Virus record (IMG/VR): IMGVR_UViG_3300033475_000012
Location: 16,292-80,291 of that record
Length of the DNA stretch: 64,000 nucleotides
Origin: a virus
Taxonomy: Duplodnaviria; Caudoviricetes
Direction: 5' to 3' (one strand)
Shown one piece after another: positions 19,801 to 29,237 of this stretch. The notes beneath the pieces were generated by a model. It saw only the letters and a program-made list of their open reading frames with translations. It ran no database searches and had not been told where the DNA came from. Numbering within the stretch: position 1 is the first letter of the stretch; the number at the start of each line of letters is the position of its first letter. The position numbers and the translations under genes are program-made.

Positions 19801-21607
19801 GTGGGTTTATGCTTGTTACGGTAGTGCCAGAAAATGTTCCAGTACTTTTTACTCTGGAATTGGCTATACCCAATACATACGTGCTTGTACTCCTATAATC
19901 TCCCGAACTAGGTACATTATGTCTACCAACGGATGCATTATACCTTCCGGCAGGAACCTGAAAGTCAAAAACACAGACAAAATATCCTCCGGCTATGAAT
20001 ACATTTTGAACGAATGTAAGTACGTCGTTATTAGAAAAGTCCAACAATCCTGTTAGCTTGACTAAAGAATTGTCGGAATTTGCCTGATACCATGTTCCGT
20101 CTGCATAATAAGGAGTACCCTTCAGATATACCCTCAAAGCATTCCTATCGGCAAAATCCAAGTTGAATGTCTTACTCTGGGAAATGTTTACCTGTGCCGA
20201 TCCGCCTCCCCCAGGCCCAGCCTGAAGACCGCCAAATCGCATCTGAGTATCTGTTCCATTATAATATCCCACCTGAGATTCCCAGCTTTCCCTATCCCCA
20301 TCACGACCTATATACGCATACAACCTTATTTTTCTGGTAGGTATATTACACCCAGAATTAGGCTTTTCGGTAACCTGTAGACTGAAATTGGAGATCGCCT
20401 GACCGCTTAGGTTATCATAATCTCTCCGGTTATTGGCGAGCAACTGCGCATCTCCCAAATCACTAAGACCCACGCTCAATTGAGGAATGTCATTTTGAAG
20501 TCTCGCAGCATCGGTTTGATCTATGATCTGACATACATTCGAATTATCGAATTTGTATTGAATGGTGTTTAAAACAGCATCATAGTTGTAATTTTCCCAA
20601 GGGTTCGTCCGTAGCCAATATTTAGTACCTATAACGGAAGATTCGCTCGTTTGGGATGATCCAAATTTATATATCGTATCGTAAAGATACCAGTCCGACC
20701 ATTCCGTTATCGTAGCAATAGAGTTGCTATTCAATGCCGACTTTCTTGTATAGATCATTATCTTCTCTACCAATGGAGAGCCAGCATAAAACGAAAACTG
20801 AGCGTTTTTGGGAAGATTGTCCGGGTTGCTTAGATAGTCTTCTGATTTAACTATCAACGGGAGGGAATAAGGGCTAAATACCGTAGTTCTCCCATCGGTC
20901 ATCTGAAATGCGTAGGCTACTTGTATACACTGATCAATAAGCCGGTTCACTTTATCGGTGTCAGCCGGAATGTTTGGCAGAGTAGCTACTATTGGTTTAT
21001 ACATAGGAGGTCGAACTGCCCACTCAATCAATTCCCTACGATCAAAGTGTGGTGGTTGTAAACGCCAATAAGGATAGGCATTAGCATTGAATCCATGTGT
21101 CTGTATCGACGAATTAACAAGTATATATTTTTGCCAGCTATTACCATCGGTTAACACCAATATCTTTTCAACTACGTTTTTGTCGGCATCCAAAAATGTT
21201 CTAATAGATACCCGGTGAGATGCTATAAATCCATCCTGTTCATCGGTGAATTGAAGTTCTGGATCAATGATAACAGTATCTACCGTGAGAGATACCCCAT
21301 ATATTACATATATAACGTGGTTACCATTGCCATTATATATAAATACGTAAGTTTCATTAGTTGTTGGGCTAAAGAATGATCCTATGTTTTTATTGTACCC
21401 ATCTGGAAGAGTTACTGGAAGTCCTTGGTTACTTCTTAATGGCGTTATAGAAAGTTGATTATTCCCTTCCCCAATGGCGGAGCCTATAAGGTTCTGGTTT
21501 TCGTCCCAAGTGACGTCTCGAATAAACGGGGAACTATTCGGTTTTAAATCCGAATAATTAGAATCCATATCCAAAAACAGAGGCTTTATGGAACCTACTT
21601 TCTGCAT
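16850..21607 (-). CDS. tail nozzle/muzzle (tubular protein B / stabilisation-like) protein (1585 aa)
   Basis: Size, beta-rich propeller-like N- and C-termini (FGCAYEDTGTILFHDKFVFWFD), an inserted Ig-like segment (YTGKVTSLDG...SGSDGTFTL), and position between ring and ejection genes. Confidence 0.65.
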   Translation of the reverse strand: MQKVGSIKPLFLDMDSNYSDLKPNSSPFIRDVTWDENQNLIGSAIGEGNNQLSITPLRSNQGLPVTLPDGYNKNIGSFFSPTTNETYVFIYNGNGNHVIYVIYGVSLTVDTVIIDPELQFTDEQDGFIASHRVSIRTFLDADKNVVEKILVLTDGNSWQKYILVNSSIQTHGFNANAYPYWRLQPPHFDRRELIEWAVRPPMYKPIVATLPNIPADTDKVNRLIDQCIQVAYAFQMTDGRTTVFSPYSLPLIVKSEDYLSNPDNLPKNAQFSFYAGSPLVEKIMIYTRKSALNSNSIATITEWSDWYLYDTIYKFGSSQTSESSVIGTKYWLRTNPWENYNYDAVLNTIQYKFDNSNVCQIIDQTDAARLQNDIPQLSVGLSDLGDAQLLANNRRDYDNLSGQAISNFSLQVTEKPNSGCNIPTRKIRLYAYIGRDGDRESWESQVGYYNGTDTQMRFGGLQAGPGGGGSAQVNISQSKTFNLDFADRNALRVYLKGTPYYADGTWYQANSDNSLVKLTGLLDFSNNDVLTFVQNVFIAGGYFVCVFDFQVPAGRYNASVGRHNVPSSGDYRSTSTYVLGIANSRVKSTGTFSGTTVTSINPQKQGTIVTQSKEMEIDCTSGDVDVWGNGEDLFYVYCPFISAGSWRFIEGYFQESQGSPIGVEMFPYTMTQGFNVIGGFTDKNGFYFGSYRGPHADVSDIYFTIRLNCSYPVSFNIQTSQAGEGYRINGTAYLADHNNGVVGDCNRVLYTGKVTSLDGTINYSDISISIKDGATVVSGSDGTFTLIIHNGQSQPRVSNVYVNAGGNFLITLTGCGYLPLYHYDESNAPCVYCQVRNYPIPLNLLIQVQNYSQMSLKDGGAYSGGLLVADLAGRMSFVNVVGVATVTSFTERQDTAATFLQLLIDSTFDFRTINPDFKWACPVVSKNLREKSYLQWVGDSIIYIDNSGNVVTDVSSAVYCSITINSLYNYNLSRNFSTLANYQFTLGDRILFLDDGNGNLLTGNPIDLRILGQNYNQAAINSNLLPNNSTVPIVNNNLGTSASTSVTSGTVTTTISLATQQNNQSITLYVLYDPRLNKLINSTGFWIELYTPSLQSDTLIYREDGGFYPIVNGRICDFTGYSSNLPVYNYYTQLNLNFWDTYLYPRNITIPNVGDKFFSHPFESPNISDTFGSNITSGGRENVKNDNAKQIWYVDESIKSDDFISEGILNGIGTFRSTNRKVFKDFKSGGIVAVKALRNLVAFICENDYFITDYNYQYIYANAQGIQIANLDNNLGLPHQKIGDAFGCAYEDTGTILFHDKFVFWFDYKNEAFIQMGWGPSVDLVKEGFIKAYFSKKTQTLKNWNNSHSMPEKFDVMAGIDSDLDNIYITFRPRRNNSNNPLSYVNNQQNVNLAYQETIIYNLPSKRFVRFTGQTPESYGMLKGSQSGLELLSFAAGIPYIHNNTDNPMYCIFYGVQVTPCFHGVLNADKEFIKVLENISPNSVYDGYRVDAISSEESGSFSYIPWNYFKRKENMYYAPVLRNTASYPQPNTNDDKLYRSTLTDTAGKRVFGRYFICRFVPHEAGVYSELQSVEYLYTQSGTAKK

Positions 21608-22734
21608 TAGTAAAGATATCCGTCTCTGTACCGATCTTGCCGATGATCAATATAGGAAGGAACGTGTGTTTTTGGTGTAAGAATCTGAGCATTTTCGGCA
21701 ATACGATACATATTCATATCCTTCAGTAATCCAAACTTCATTTGAGAATACCGGCTTCCATAAAACTTGGCTAAGTCTTGGTGCATATCATCGTATTGAT
21801 TATCCCAAAATTTCAGTCCCATAATGAAAGTAGGTACAGCAATAACGGGTATTTCAAGATGCTGCAAATCTACATCGTAGTAATACCTGACAATGACTTT
21901 ATCGAATCCGAAGTGATGAGGGAAGATAAGCGTATCTCCTAGTTCATTGATATTGTATATTTGGTTACAATCCTTTTTAAAATGAGTGGAATGCCCGCAT
22001 TGTACATTGAACCAATCTTGTTTTGAATTGCAGTGATATATCCATGTGTTTGATTGCGCGGTCGGGCCTTGTTGGGCGTCTCCACCGAATGGAATCCCAA
22101 GAATACCGGAAGCCTCACATACCCGATTCCAGTTTTCTTCACTATCACAAATGCATCCATTTTCGTCCGTTTCGCACTCGCACAGTTTCTTTTGTTCAGT
22201 CTGCAATATAGTATCTGTCCAAACACCATTTGTAAAAACATGCAAAGGATATTGCCATTCCAAATATAAAAAACCGTTTCTATCTACGGCCTTTCGACTA
22301 ATACAAGTAAAGGTTATTGGCGTTCCATTAGGTAGAGAATCCGTAACGATAGAAGTAATTGCTTCATAACCTTTAATAGTATTACATAATTGATACCCGC
22401 ATCCATTCTCGCAAGCACAGTTTTTATCTGCTGGTATTTCAACAACATCGATATGCAATCGATCATTTCTGTAAACAGGCCATTCTACTCCATGATGATC
22501 CATTACGTTGACCGAACTTAGATACTGGAAGTCAAAAGGCATCTTAACGGTATTCGTCCGCTTATTGATCTTGAATTCTTCCCGTTTGACTTTTTTTACC
22601 GTTGACAGGTTCAAATCCAACCACACCTCTTTAGCCCAACGCAGCATTCTACCTTTAGCCCGTCTTCCGATATCTTTGTTGCCCAATAACGCAGAATCGA
22701 TTACGTAGTCAATATGTTGAAATCTTGTACTCAT
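21607..22734 (-). CDS. putative tail ring/adaptor protein, Cys-rich (375 aa)
   Basis: Position next to the nozzle; helical N- and C-termini with a Cys-rich insertion. Confidence 0.5.
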   Translation of the reverse strand: MSTRFQHIDYVIDSALLGNKDIGRRAKGRMLRWAKEVWLDLNLSTVKKVKREEFKINKRTNTVKMPFDFQYLSSVNVMDHHGVEWPVYRNDRLHIDVVEIPADKNCACENGCGYQLCNTIKGYEAITSIVTDSLPNGTPITFTCISRKAVDRNGFLYLEWQYPLHVFTNGVWTDTILQTEQKKLCECETDENGCICDSEENWNRVCEASGILGIPFGGDAQQGPTAQSNTWIYHCNSKQDWFNVQCGHSTHFKKDCNQIYNINELGDTLIFPHHFGFDKVIVRYYYDVDLQHLEIPVIAVPTFIMGLKFWDNQYDDMHQDLAKFYGSRYSQMKFGLLKDMNMYRIAENAQILTPKTHVPSYIDHRQDRYRDGYLY

Positions 22735-23420
22735 TGTGGTTGTGATTGAACGGATTCTTCAGCCATCCTTCTTCTTAAATCTGCGCCCGAAGTGGTCTGA
22801 TAAGGGTTGTCGGACGGGGATGCCGTTCTAAATTGTTTTATTTTCAATTCCCATCCTAATATATTCCATGCTACCTCGAAGGCTATATCCATAGGAATAT
22901 CGATCATGTCGTCTTTCCGGTCGAATGTAGTTTCTACGTCTAATTCTTCCACGCATTCAGGGATATGATATGTGTCTAAACCATTGGCCTTAACCTCGTA
23001 AAATTTGAAAAACTGGAAGTCTGGTCCAAGATAAAATTTAGATTCCCCTGGTTCCACTTGAACAATCTCCCAATTGGGGTCATCCGGCCCACAGCATGAT
23101 CCAACAGGCCACAAACTTGTAAAGTTCTCATTTTTGGGCATCCTAAAAATATCAATGCCAGTCATATCCAAAAATCGCTTACCTCTTAAATCGGATTTTC
23201 CCAATTTAAACCGCTGTATGGATAAAAGTCCGGAGTAGAAATAATACTCATTCCCAAGCCCCATTTTTTTGTTCTGGTAATAAAGATCACGGGCTCTACT
23301 TGTATATCCCAACCTAATCAATTGGCTAATATCTGCTACAGAATATGTTTTATCAGTAGCCCGGTTTCTACCCTGCTTCTCTACACTTAGAATTACCTGA
23401 GCTAGTTGCTTTATTATCAT
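22731..23420 (-). CDS. putative tail ring/adaptor protein (229 aa)
   Basis: Operon position and size typical of crAss-like ring proteins; inference. Confidence 0.45.
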   Translation of the reverse strand: MIIKQLAQVILSVEKQGRNRATDKTYSVADISQLIRLGYTSRARDLYYQNKKMGLGNEYYFYSGLLSIQRFKLGKSDLRGKRFLDMTGIDIFRMPKNENFTSLWPVGSCCGPDDPNWEIVQVEPGESKFYLGPDFQFFKFYEVKANGLDTYHIPECVEELDVETTFDRKDDMIDIPMDIAFEVAWNILGWELKIKQFRTASPSDNPYQTTSGADLRRRMAEESVQSQPQ

Positions 23421-23776
23421 AACTTTTTAAATACCCAGTAATTTAAAGAAATAAGGGCCACACTATCCAATACCCACGCATATATTTCTATCCAATGGAA
23501 CCCAAAAACATATAATACCAACGGCCAGAAAGTAAGTATAGAATATAACGAAGACATACATTTTACGCATGATCCCAAGGGCCTAAACCATACCTTATTT
23601 TTATTTCGTTCAAAAAACTCGGGACTAATTTTATACATTAAGTTTCCATCGCATATTCTCCCCTTATTCATGTCCTGTACACACTTTCCTTGAAACAATT
23701 CGTACATTCCGTTGATAAAAAGAGATTGAATAAACATGAATACCAATCCTCCCAAAAGATAAAATAATATTGTCAT
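23417..23776 (-). CDS. small membrane protein with CxxC (119 aa)
   Basis: Two to three hydrophobic segments; PLGSCVKCMSS. Confidence 0.6.
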   Translation of the reverse strand: MTILFYLLGGLVFMFIQSLFINGMYELFQGKCVQDMNKGRICDGNLMYKISPEFFERNKNKVWFRPLGSCVKCMSSLYSILTFWPLVLYVFGFHWIEIYAWVLDSVALISLNYWVFKKL

Positions 23777-24513
23777 ACTATGTCAATTTGAGACAGTAAG
23801 TTACTCCATTCTTTTATTTCTTGGTCACGAACATAGGCAGAATATAGGTGACAAAGACCTTTGAACAAACTTTTAAACGCGGAATTATTCCAATTGCCAT
23901 CAACCGTATTTTTAGGATCATAATTCCACGTGTCATCTGGATTTGGCAAATACGCCAATTGATATATTCCTTCCTGCTGCGTATAAAGGAAAAATATTTT
24001 CGGAATATCGAAAGGACACACCTTTAATGTTTTCTTTCCCGTAAAATAAGCAATCGGATATTCCCATGTTGGGTAATTATAGGTTGAATTTGTCCGGATA
24101 GAAAACTCTGCCTGACTTACTATTTCCAGAGGATTTACCCGGCAGGAAGACCGATTCATGGCTGCCTGAAATTGAATCTGGTTGTTTATTTCTGGTTGAG
24201 ATTCGCAAGACCCGTTATTTTTTGGATTGGCAAATACGTATGGCGAACCAAGTATGTTTCGATAGTCGTCCGGAAGAGTTACCAATCCATTATTTACCGG
24301 CTGCATGGCGTATCCCACATACGGATCAATAATATCCAGAACGAACGGTTTTTCTGGGTATAATTGTACACACCTATCCAGTAAAAATGATGTTACAATA
24401 TTGTAATGCGTAGAAAAAATAGACGGCGGATAAAGAGCAGATTGCTCTTCATTAGCCACAGACAATACCGCCTGCAACATATTGTACATTCTGCTTTTGC
24501 TTGTATTCGCCAT
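23773..24513 (-). CDS. putative head-tail ring/adaptor protein (246 aa)
   Basis: GLVTLPDDY motif typical of adaptor/tubular A proteins; operon position. Confidence 0.5.
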   Translation of the reverse strand: MANTSKSRMYNMLQAVLSVANEEQSALYPPSIFSTHYNIVTSFLLDRCVQLYPEKPFVLDIIDPYVGYAMQPVNNGLVTLPDDYRNILGSPYVFANPKNNGSCESQPEINNQIQFQAAMNRSSCRVNPLEIVSQAEFSIRTNSTYNYPTWEYPIAYFTGKKTLKVCPFDIPKIFFLYTQQEGIYQLAYLPNPDDTWNYDPKNTVDGNWNNSAFKSLFKGLCHLYSAYVRDQEIKEWSNLLSQIDIV

Positions 24514-24522
24514 TATCTATTT

Positions 24523-27500
24523 TTATGATACGCTAATACTACCTCCACCCGAAGAATTCGACGATGTGTATATCCCGGTGAAAGAAACAGAACCAGGAAC
24601 AGGCATTACAAACTGCAAAGTATTCGACCCATTGCTGGCAATTACAGTCCCCTCTCCTGATACATTACATTCCATTGTATAAGTGCCTCCGGGAGGTCCA
24701 GAAGCGTTCACTGTGACGGTCACAAGCATTCCAACAGGGGCAGATATAGTTCCACTTCCGTTTGGAACGGACGTGCTATAAGATGTAGTCCCGCTTATGC
24801 TTGGCGTACAAGACAATCCGGTAGACGAACCGATAAGACCCGTTGATGAATTCAAGTTATAAATAACTCCGCTATAAACCACATAAGTACTTCCTGTTTG
24901 AGGATTTGTCAGGGCGCTGTCTGTATACAAAGTCAACCCTACTGAGAAGTTGCCATTAGTGTATAATGTCACACTAGAACCGCTGCATATGGTCGATGTG
25001 CTATTGCCAAGCACATAAGTTCCTGCCGTTCCTGTAGTACAATTGCTTCCGGTATTTGCACCAACAAGACCTGTGGAAGAATTAAGGTTATAGATAGCGC
25101 CAGATGCGGTAGCTACATAGGTAAATGTCGTTACAGGAGTGGTCAGACCCGCGTCCTGATATAATGTTACTCCGGTTCCAAAATTAGTGCTGGAATAGAG
25201 CGTTACAGGCGTCCTCGGACAGATATTGGCAATTACCGTATCCAGCCTATAGGAACCGCTTACTACAGGAGTAGCCGGGGTAGTTACCTGATTGACAAAT
25301 TGATTGCCGCCACAGTTATTGGTAATGCCGATATCGTAAGTGGTTCCGGCTGTTAGACCGCCAATAACATAGGGAGAAGTGCCGGTTATAGTTCCATTTG
25401 GACCGATTGTCAGATTGCTGGTAGATGTTAGCCAAGCCGTCGTTCCAGTTGGTCGATATTGAACCGTAACCGTCTGAGACGAATTTGGTGTTGCCTGCCA
25501 TGTAACTCCATACACTCCAATAGTAGTTGTATTGACGGCGGACACATTGATTGCTGAAATCTCTGCGCAGCTTCCCGGAGTAGTACAATTAATGGCACAC
25601 CAAGCAGTTTTTACAGAGGTATATTTACTAACTGCTGCAATTACAAGATTGGCGATCTGCAAGTCAGTTAATCCGGCACATGAACCTCCTAATGTTCCAT
25701 ACAATACATCCGAATTACCAAAAGAACCGGCAGAATTAAGAGGGAATAACGCTTGTAGTTTAGCACATGTAACCCCTGTTATAGTATTGATCCTATTAGC
25801 CAGATTGCAGATAGAATTTACTGCCGCCACATTGAAATCGTTCTGCTTATTGGCTGCGGTTAAATTTGTTGTCTGAATATCCCCATTATAGTCAAAGTAG
25901 CATAACGCTAAATTATTTCCTATCCCAACTTGCGCGGCAGTGATCTGGCAGATATAATCCACCATAGCCTGCAAGAAAGCAATGACGCTTTTATTCGTCT
26001 TTTGGAAGAATATAACAGTATTACCAGATGAGAGTGACAATGACATGCTTACCGGACCGAAAGTATTGGCGTTTGTAAGCACACTGAAATAAGACCCGTT
26101 TGAGCTATTATCAAATGCCACCTCGTAGGAACCTACGGATAGTCCATTAAGCCATGCTTCTACACCCGTTATATTGCTCACCAACAATCCGGCAGGAGCA
26201 TTGTAAGTTGTCGATCCTACAATGATATTGTTTATAGTCACATTTGCCCCCGGAACAAGAATGGAAAGGAAATAGTTTACTGAGCTTAGATCAATGATGC
26301 ACTTACCATCCAAATTAGTTAGGTCAATATTAACTGTAGCACTGATTAAAGCGTTTAGCTGGGCTGTAAGTGTTGGACTAGCACCAATAGCGGTTAAAAT
26401 AGCCGAAGAAAGATTTGCATAATTGAACGTGATAATATATTTTACCGTATTGGCGGTTGCCGTGTTTACGGTTACGGAAAAAGTGTTATCTCCATTACCG
26501 TTTACAACTTGGTAAATACTTGAAGTAATGGCAAACGTCTTTGTATTTCCCACTACGGTTGGAGAAGGCACACTTGTTCCACCAGCGCCAGTAAGAACAA
26601 TATTTGTTACGGAAGGATTTAATGGGGTTGGCTCGTTTTGCCCCATTGCGTTAGGTCCGCAGTTGCAATTAAGTTGTTTTTTAATGGATTGATAAGCCCA
26701 TTCCGAATCCATCCCATTCATCTCCTGACCTAATCCAAGGAAAAAAGGAAGTTCTACTTCATCCAATTGTTGCGCAGCCCTTTTCCCAAGTGCGTTGTCA
26801 TAGTTTTTTATCTTCATTCGATACAAATCTTCTATACAACAGAGTAGGTCAGAAACTTTGTTAGAACAAGTAATGTCGAACTGCTGATTCGTTACGTATG
26901 AAACTAAAACATACGTGTCATCCTGAAGATTATAAGTGGCTATGCTTGTGCATGACAGCATATACCTGCCCGTGTAAACGACACTATTGATGAAAGGAGT
27001 AACGGAAAATGAAACTGCTGGAATTGTACCAGTTGGATAATTTAAAGTCCCTGTTTTAAATATAGACTGAGGTGTAAGGTTATTATAGACAAATACAGTG
27101 AACTCCTTGACCAAAATATCATTGTTCGTACAATCAGCCCTTAATTGAAACATCCCGCACACATACCCAGACTCCTGAAAATCATTAGGCTGACATATCT
27201 TTTTATAAATGGGAGGTATGGTGTAAACGGTAGAATTTTGGTCTTGGATAGCAGCCGATATTTGGTAGGTCTGAAATAAAAAGGCATAATTAAGACTAGA
27301 CAAATCAATCGTATAGGATGTTGTAGTTCCCGGATTTGGTATTTGAGGCGAAGACCAATTTATGGAAGCGAGAATAACACCCTCCTGATCTATAACACTA
27401 AATGCCACTCCCAAAGTATTAGACAATCCGGTTCCGGTAGTAAATGGAGACAAAGAGAATATCATCCTCTTATTGGCTATATCCACTGTAACGGAATACC

Positions 27501-27543
27501 CGAATGTATTTATGTTTGCTGAACCTATGGTTATCTGTGGCAC
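24523..27543 (-). CDS. large Ser/Thr-rich structural protein with an FN3 domain and two 77-aa tandem repeats (1006 aa)
   Basis: FN3 signature VTW...VQYR...W...GLTAGTTYDIGI; repeats ending IYNLNSSTGL(V/I)G. Confidence 0.7.
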   Translation of the reverse strand: MPQITIGSANINTFGYSVTVDIANKRMIFSLSPFTTGTGLSNTLGVAFSVIDQEGVILASINWSSPQIPNPGTTTSYTIDLSSLNYAFLFQTYQISAAIQDQNSTVYTIPPIYKKICQPNDFQESGYVCGMFQLRADCTNNDILVKEFTVFVYNNLTPQSIFKTGTLNYPTGTIPAVSFSVTPFINSVVYTGRYMLSCTSIATYNLQDDTYVLVSYVTNQQFDITCSNKVSDLLCCIEDLYRMKIKNYDNALGKRAAQQLDEVELPFFLGLGQEMNGMDSEWAYQSIKKQLNCNCGPNAMGQNEPTPLNPSVTNIVLTGAGGTSVPSPTVVGNTKTFAITSSIYQVVNGNGDNTFSVTVNTATANTVKYIITFNYANLSSAILTAIGASPTLTAQLNALISATVNIDLTNLDGKCIIDLSSVNYFLSILVPGANVTINNIIVGSTTYNAPAGLLVSNITGVEAWLNGLSVGSYEVAFDNSSNGSYFSVLTNANTFGPVSMSLSLSSGNTVIFFQKTNKSVIAFLQAMVDYICQITAAQVGIGNNLALCYFDYNGDIQTTNLTAANKQNDFNVAAVNSICNLANRINTITGVTCAKLQALFPLNSAGSFGNSDVLYGTLGGSCAGLTDLQIANLVIAAVSKYTSVKTAWCAINCTTPGSCAEISAINVSAVNTTTIGVYGVTWQATPNSSQTVTVQYRPTGTTAWLTSTSNLTIGPNGTITGTSPYVIGGLTAGTTYDIGITNNCGGNQFVNQVTTPATPVVSGSYRLDTVIANICPRTPVTLYSSTNFGTGVTLYQDAGLTTPVTTFTYVATASGAIYNLNSSTGLVGANTGSNCTTGTAGTYVLGNSTSTICSGSSVTLYTNGNFSVGLTLYTDSALTNPQTGSTYVVYSGVIYNLNSSTGLIGSSTGLSCTPSISGTTSYSTSVPNGSGTISAPVGMLVTVTVNASGPPGGTYTMECNVSGEGTVIASNGSNTLQFVMPVPGSVSFTGIYTSSNSSGGGSISVS
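24820..25265 (-). repeat. intragenic tandem duplication, about 231-bp (77-aa) period
   Basis: C-x4-VTLY...F..G.TLY.D..LT.P......V....IYNLNSSTGL.G..TG..C occurs twice; the IYNLNS codons are 231 nt apart. Confidence 0.75.
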
Positions 27544-27567
27544 TCTATGATATTTTATTAATTAACT

Positions 27568-27595
27568 AAAAAGCCACCTGCGAGAGATGGCTTTT
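27568..27595 (-). terminator. intrinsic terminator after the capsid operon
   Basis: Minus strand AAAAGCCATCT-CTCGC-AGGTGGCTTTTT: stem followed by a U-tract, 40 nt after the stop at 27635. Confidence 0.7.
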
Positions 27596-27634
27596 GCCCC
27601 GCTTACGCAGGATATTGTTTTGCTACAAATTCCG

Positions 27635-28231
27635 TTAGCTTGCGCACGGCCCTGGATATACCACATCCGAAAGAAGAACAATCCCCATGAACTGGGCCAG
27701 CGTATAATAAGACTGAATTGTGTAGTGAGACAAGCCGCTGAAATTGGAACGCAGTTGTGCACTTCCAACAAAGAGGCCCGTGTAATCGAAAGCGAATGCA
27801 TCATGCGCGCCGGCGGAACCGTCATCGAACCGGTAGATACAAAGGCTATTCAGAGCCAGAGGACTAAAGGCCGTGACATTACCTGCGTATTGATTTGCAA
27901 TGATGGTCGGTACTGCACCGCAGCAAGCGTCGCAAGCCTGCTGGAAGGCCGATACACTTTGGTTAAGTACATCAATCATAGTATCCTGTCCGTCTACCTC
28001 GATCCACATACCCGGAACTATGTTCGGGTCAAGCAATTCGTCCGAAGTAGGATTAAACGTAGGTTCGTACAGGATAATGGTTCCGTCACCGGGAGCCAAT
28101 GTCCGCTTCAACCAAACTGCCCGTGGCGAATACGAACGCAGCCTTTCGCAGTTAATGGAAATGGTGACTCCCTGATCCCCTACATATTGGGCGGTAGTAC
28201 CATTATAGATGACATACGCATTTACGAGCAT
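27635..28231 (-). CDS. putative capsid auxiliary/decoration protein (198 aa)
   Basis: Last gene of the GC-richer capsid operon, before the terminator. Confidence 0.5.
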   Translation of the reverse strand: MLVNAYVIYNGTTAQYVGDQGVTISINCERLRSYSPRAVWLKRTLAPGDGTIILYEPTFNPTSDELLDPNIVPGMWIEVDGQDTMIDVLNQSVSAFQQACDACCGAVPTIIANQYAGNVTAFSPLALNSLCIYRFDDGSAGAHDAFAFDYTGLFVGSAQLRSNFSGLSHYTIQSYYTLAQFMGIVLLSDVVYPGPCAS

Positions 28232-28237
28232 GGTTTA

Positions 28238-29227
28238 CTATTTTAATTTGTCGGTGATTTGTTTGAGTTGATGAGCGGCCCGATATGCAACGGGATGAAC
28301 AGGATGATCATACACCCATTGTACCATTGAATCTCCCTTCGCTTCGATACCCTCAGCAAGGATAGTCTTTTTATCTTTACCGGCTACCAGAACTCCGTCT
28401 TTAGTTGTGTCCAAAAGTCCGTATGCCTTGGCCTTGGCGAAGGTATCAGACACCTCCTGCTTATGGCCTTTTACCTTGTTCATGAACTCGGTTGGAACCG
28501 AATCGGCCAGGCCCATCAAAGCATCAAAAAGAAGGTCGTCGTGAATTTCAGCATTATGGGTAAGACCCTGAACTATGCCATAAAGGTTACGGAGAGAATC
28601 ACGGTTAGAAGCCGCATTCTTTACCAACAGGATACATTCGCCTTTGTCCTCGATAGCCTTGGAAACCATTTTCAATTCCTGGCCTTCGTTTTTCTCCTTG
28701 TACATATAGGAGATATGGCTAGGACTTTTGGAAATGCTGTCCTGATTATAGGCGTGGTTCTTGATGAACAAAGTTTTGTATTTGTCCTGCTGTTCGTCGA
28801 ACTCGTTCTCGCCACTGAGCAATTCCAAGAAATATACTTCAGCGGAATTCGCGTCGTCGGGATTGATATTAGAATCGGCATTCAGAACAAGGTTCTGGTA
28901 AAGCAAATCCAAGGTTTCATACCCCTTAAGATACCGGGTCTGAATCAGCGTCCCCCGGGGATCTCCCCATTTAAGGAACTCGATCTCACCACGGTAAGCA
29001 GAATCCTTTACATCTACCGGGTTGGAAGGAATCTTTCCATCGATCTTTCGTACGGCCCAGTTTTCGGAAAGATTAGGGATGCCGCATACACCCCGTCGAT
29101 TGACTACCTTCCCGGACAGGATACCTTCTTGGTGGCGCGTTTGTCCGCTGCCCTTTTCAAGGAACCCTGTTTCAATATACGGCGGCCGGGGATCTCCTGC
29201 GATTACGGTATATAGTTCTTTAGCCAT
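28238..29227 (-). CDS. conserved hypothetical capsid-operon protein (329 aa)
   Basis: Directly downstream of the MCP with the same codon bias. Confidence 0.6.
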   Translation of the reverse strand: MAKELYTVIAGDPRPPYIETGFLEKGSGQTRHQEGILSGKVVNRRGVCGIPNLSENWAVRKIDGKIPSNPVDVKDSAYRGEIEFLKWGDPRGTLIQTRYLKGYETLDLLYQNLVLNADSNINPDDANSAEVYFLELLSGENEFDEQQDKYKTLFIKNHAYNQDSISKSPSHISYMYKEKNEGQELKMVSKAIEDKGECILLVKNAASNRDSLRNLYGIVQGLTHNAEIHDDLLFDALMGLADSVPTEFMNKVKGHKQEVSDTFAKAKAYGLLDTTKDGVLVAGKDKKTILAEGIEAKGDSMVQWVYDHPVHPVAYRAAHQLKQITDKLK

Positions 29228-29237
29228 TGTTCAATTG

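Noticed and set aside
23417-23776. Holin call for the 119-aa membrane protein
   Set aside because: No endolysin nearby, embedded among ring genes, and has a CxxC; left as unknown membrane protein.
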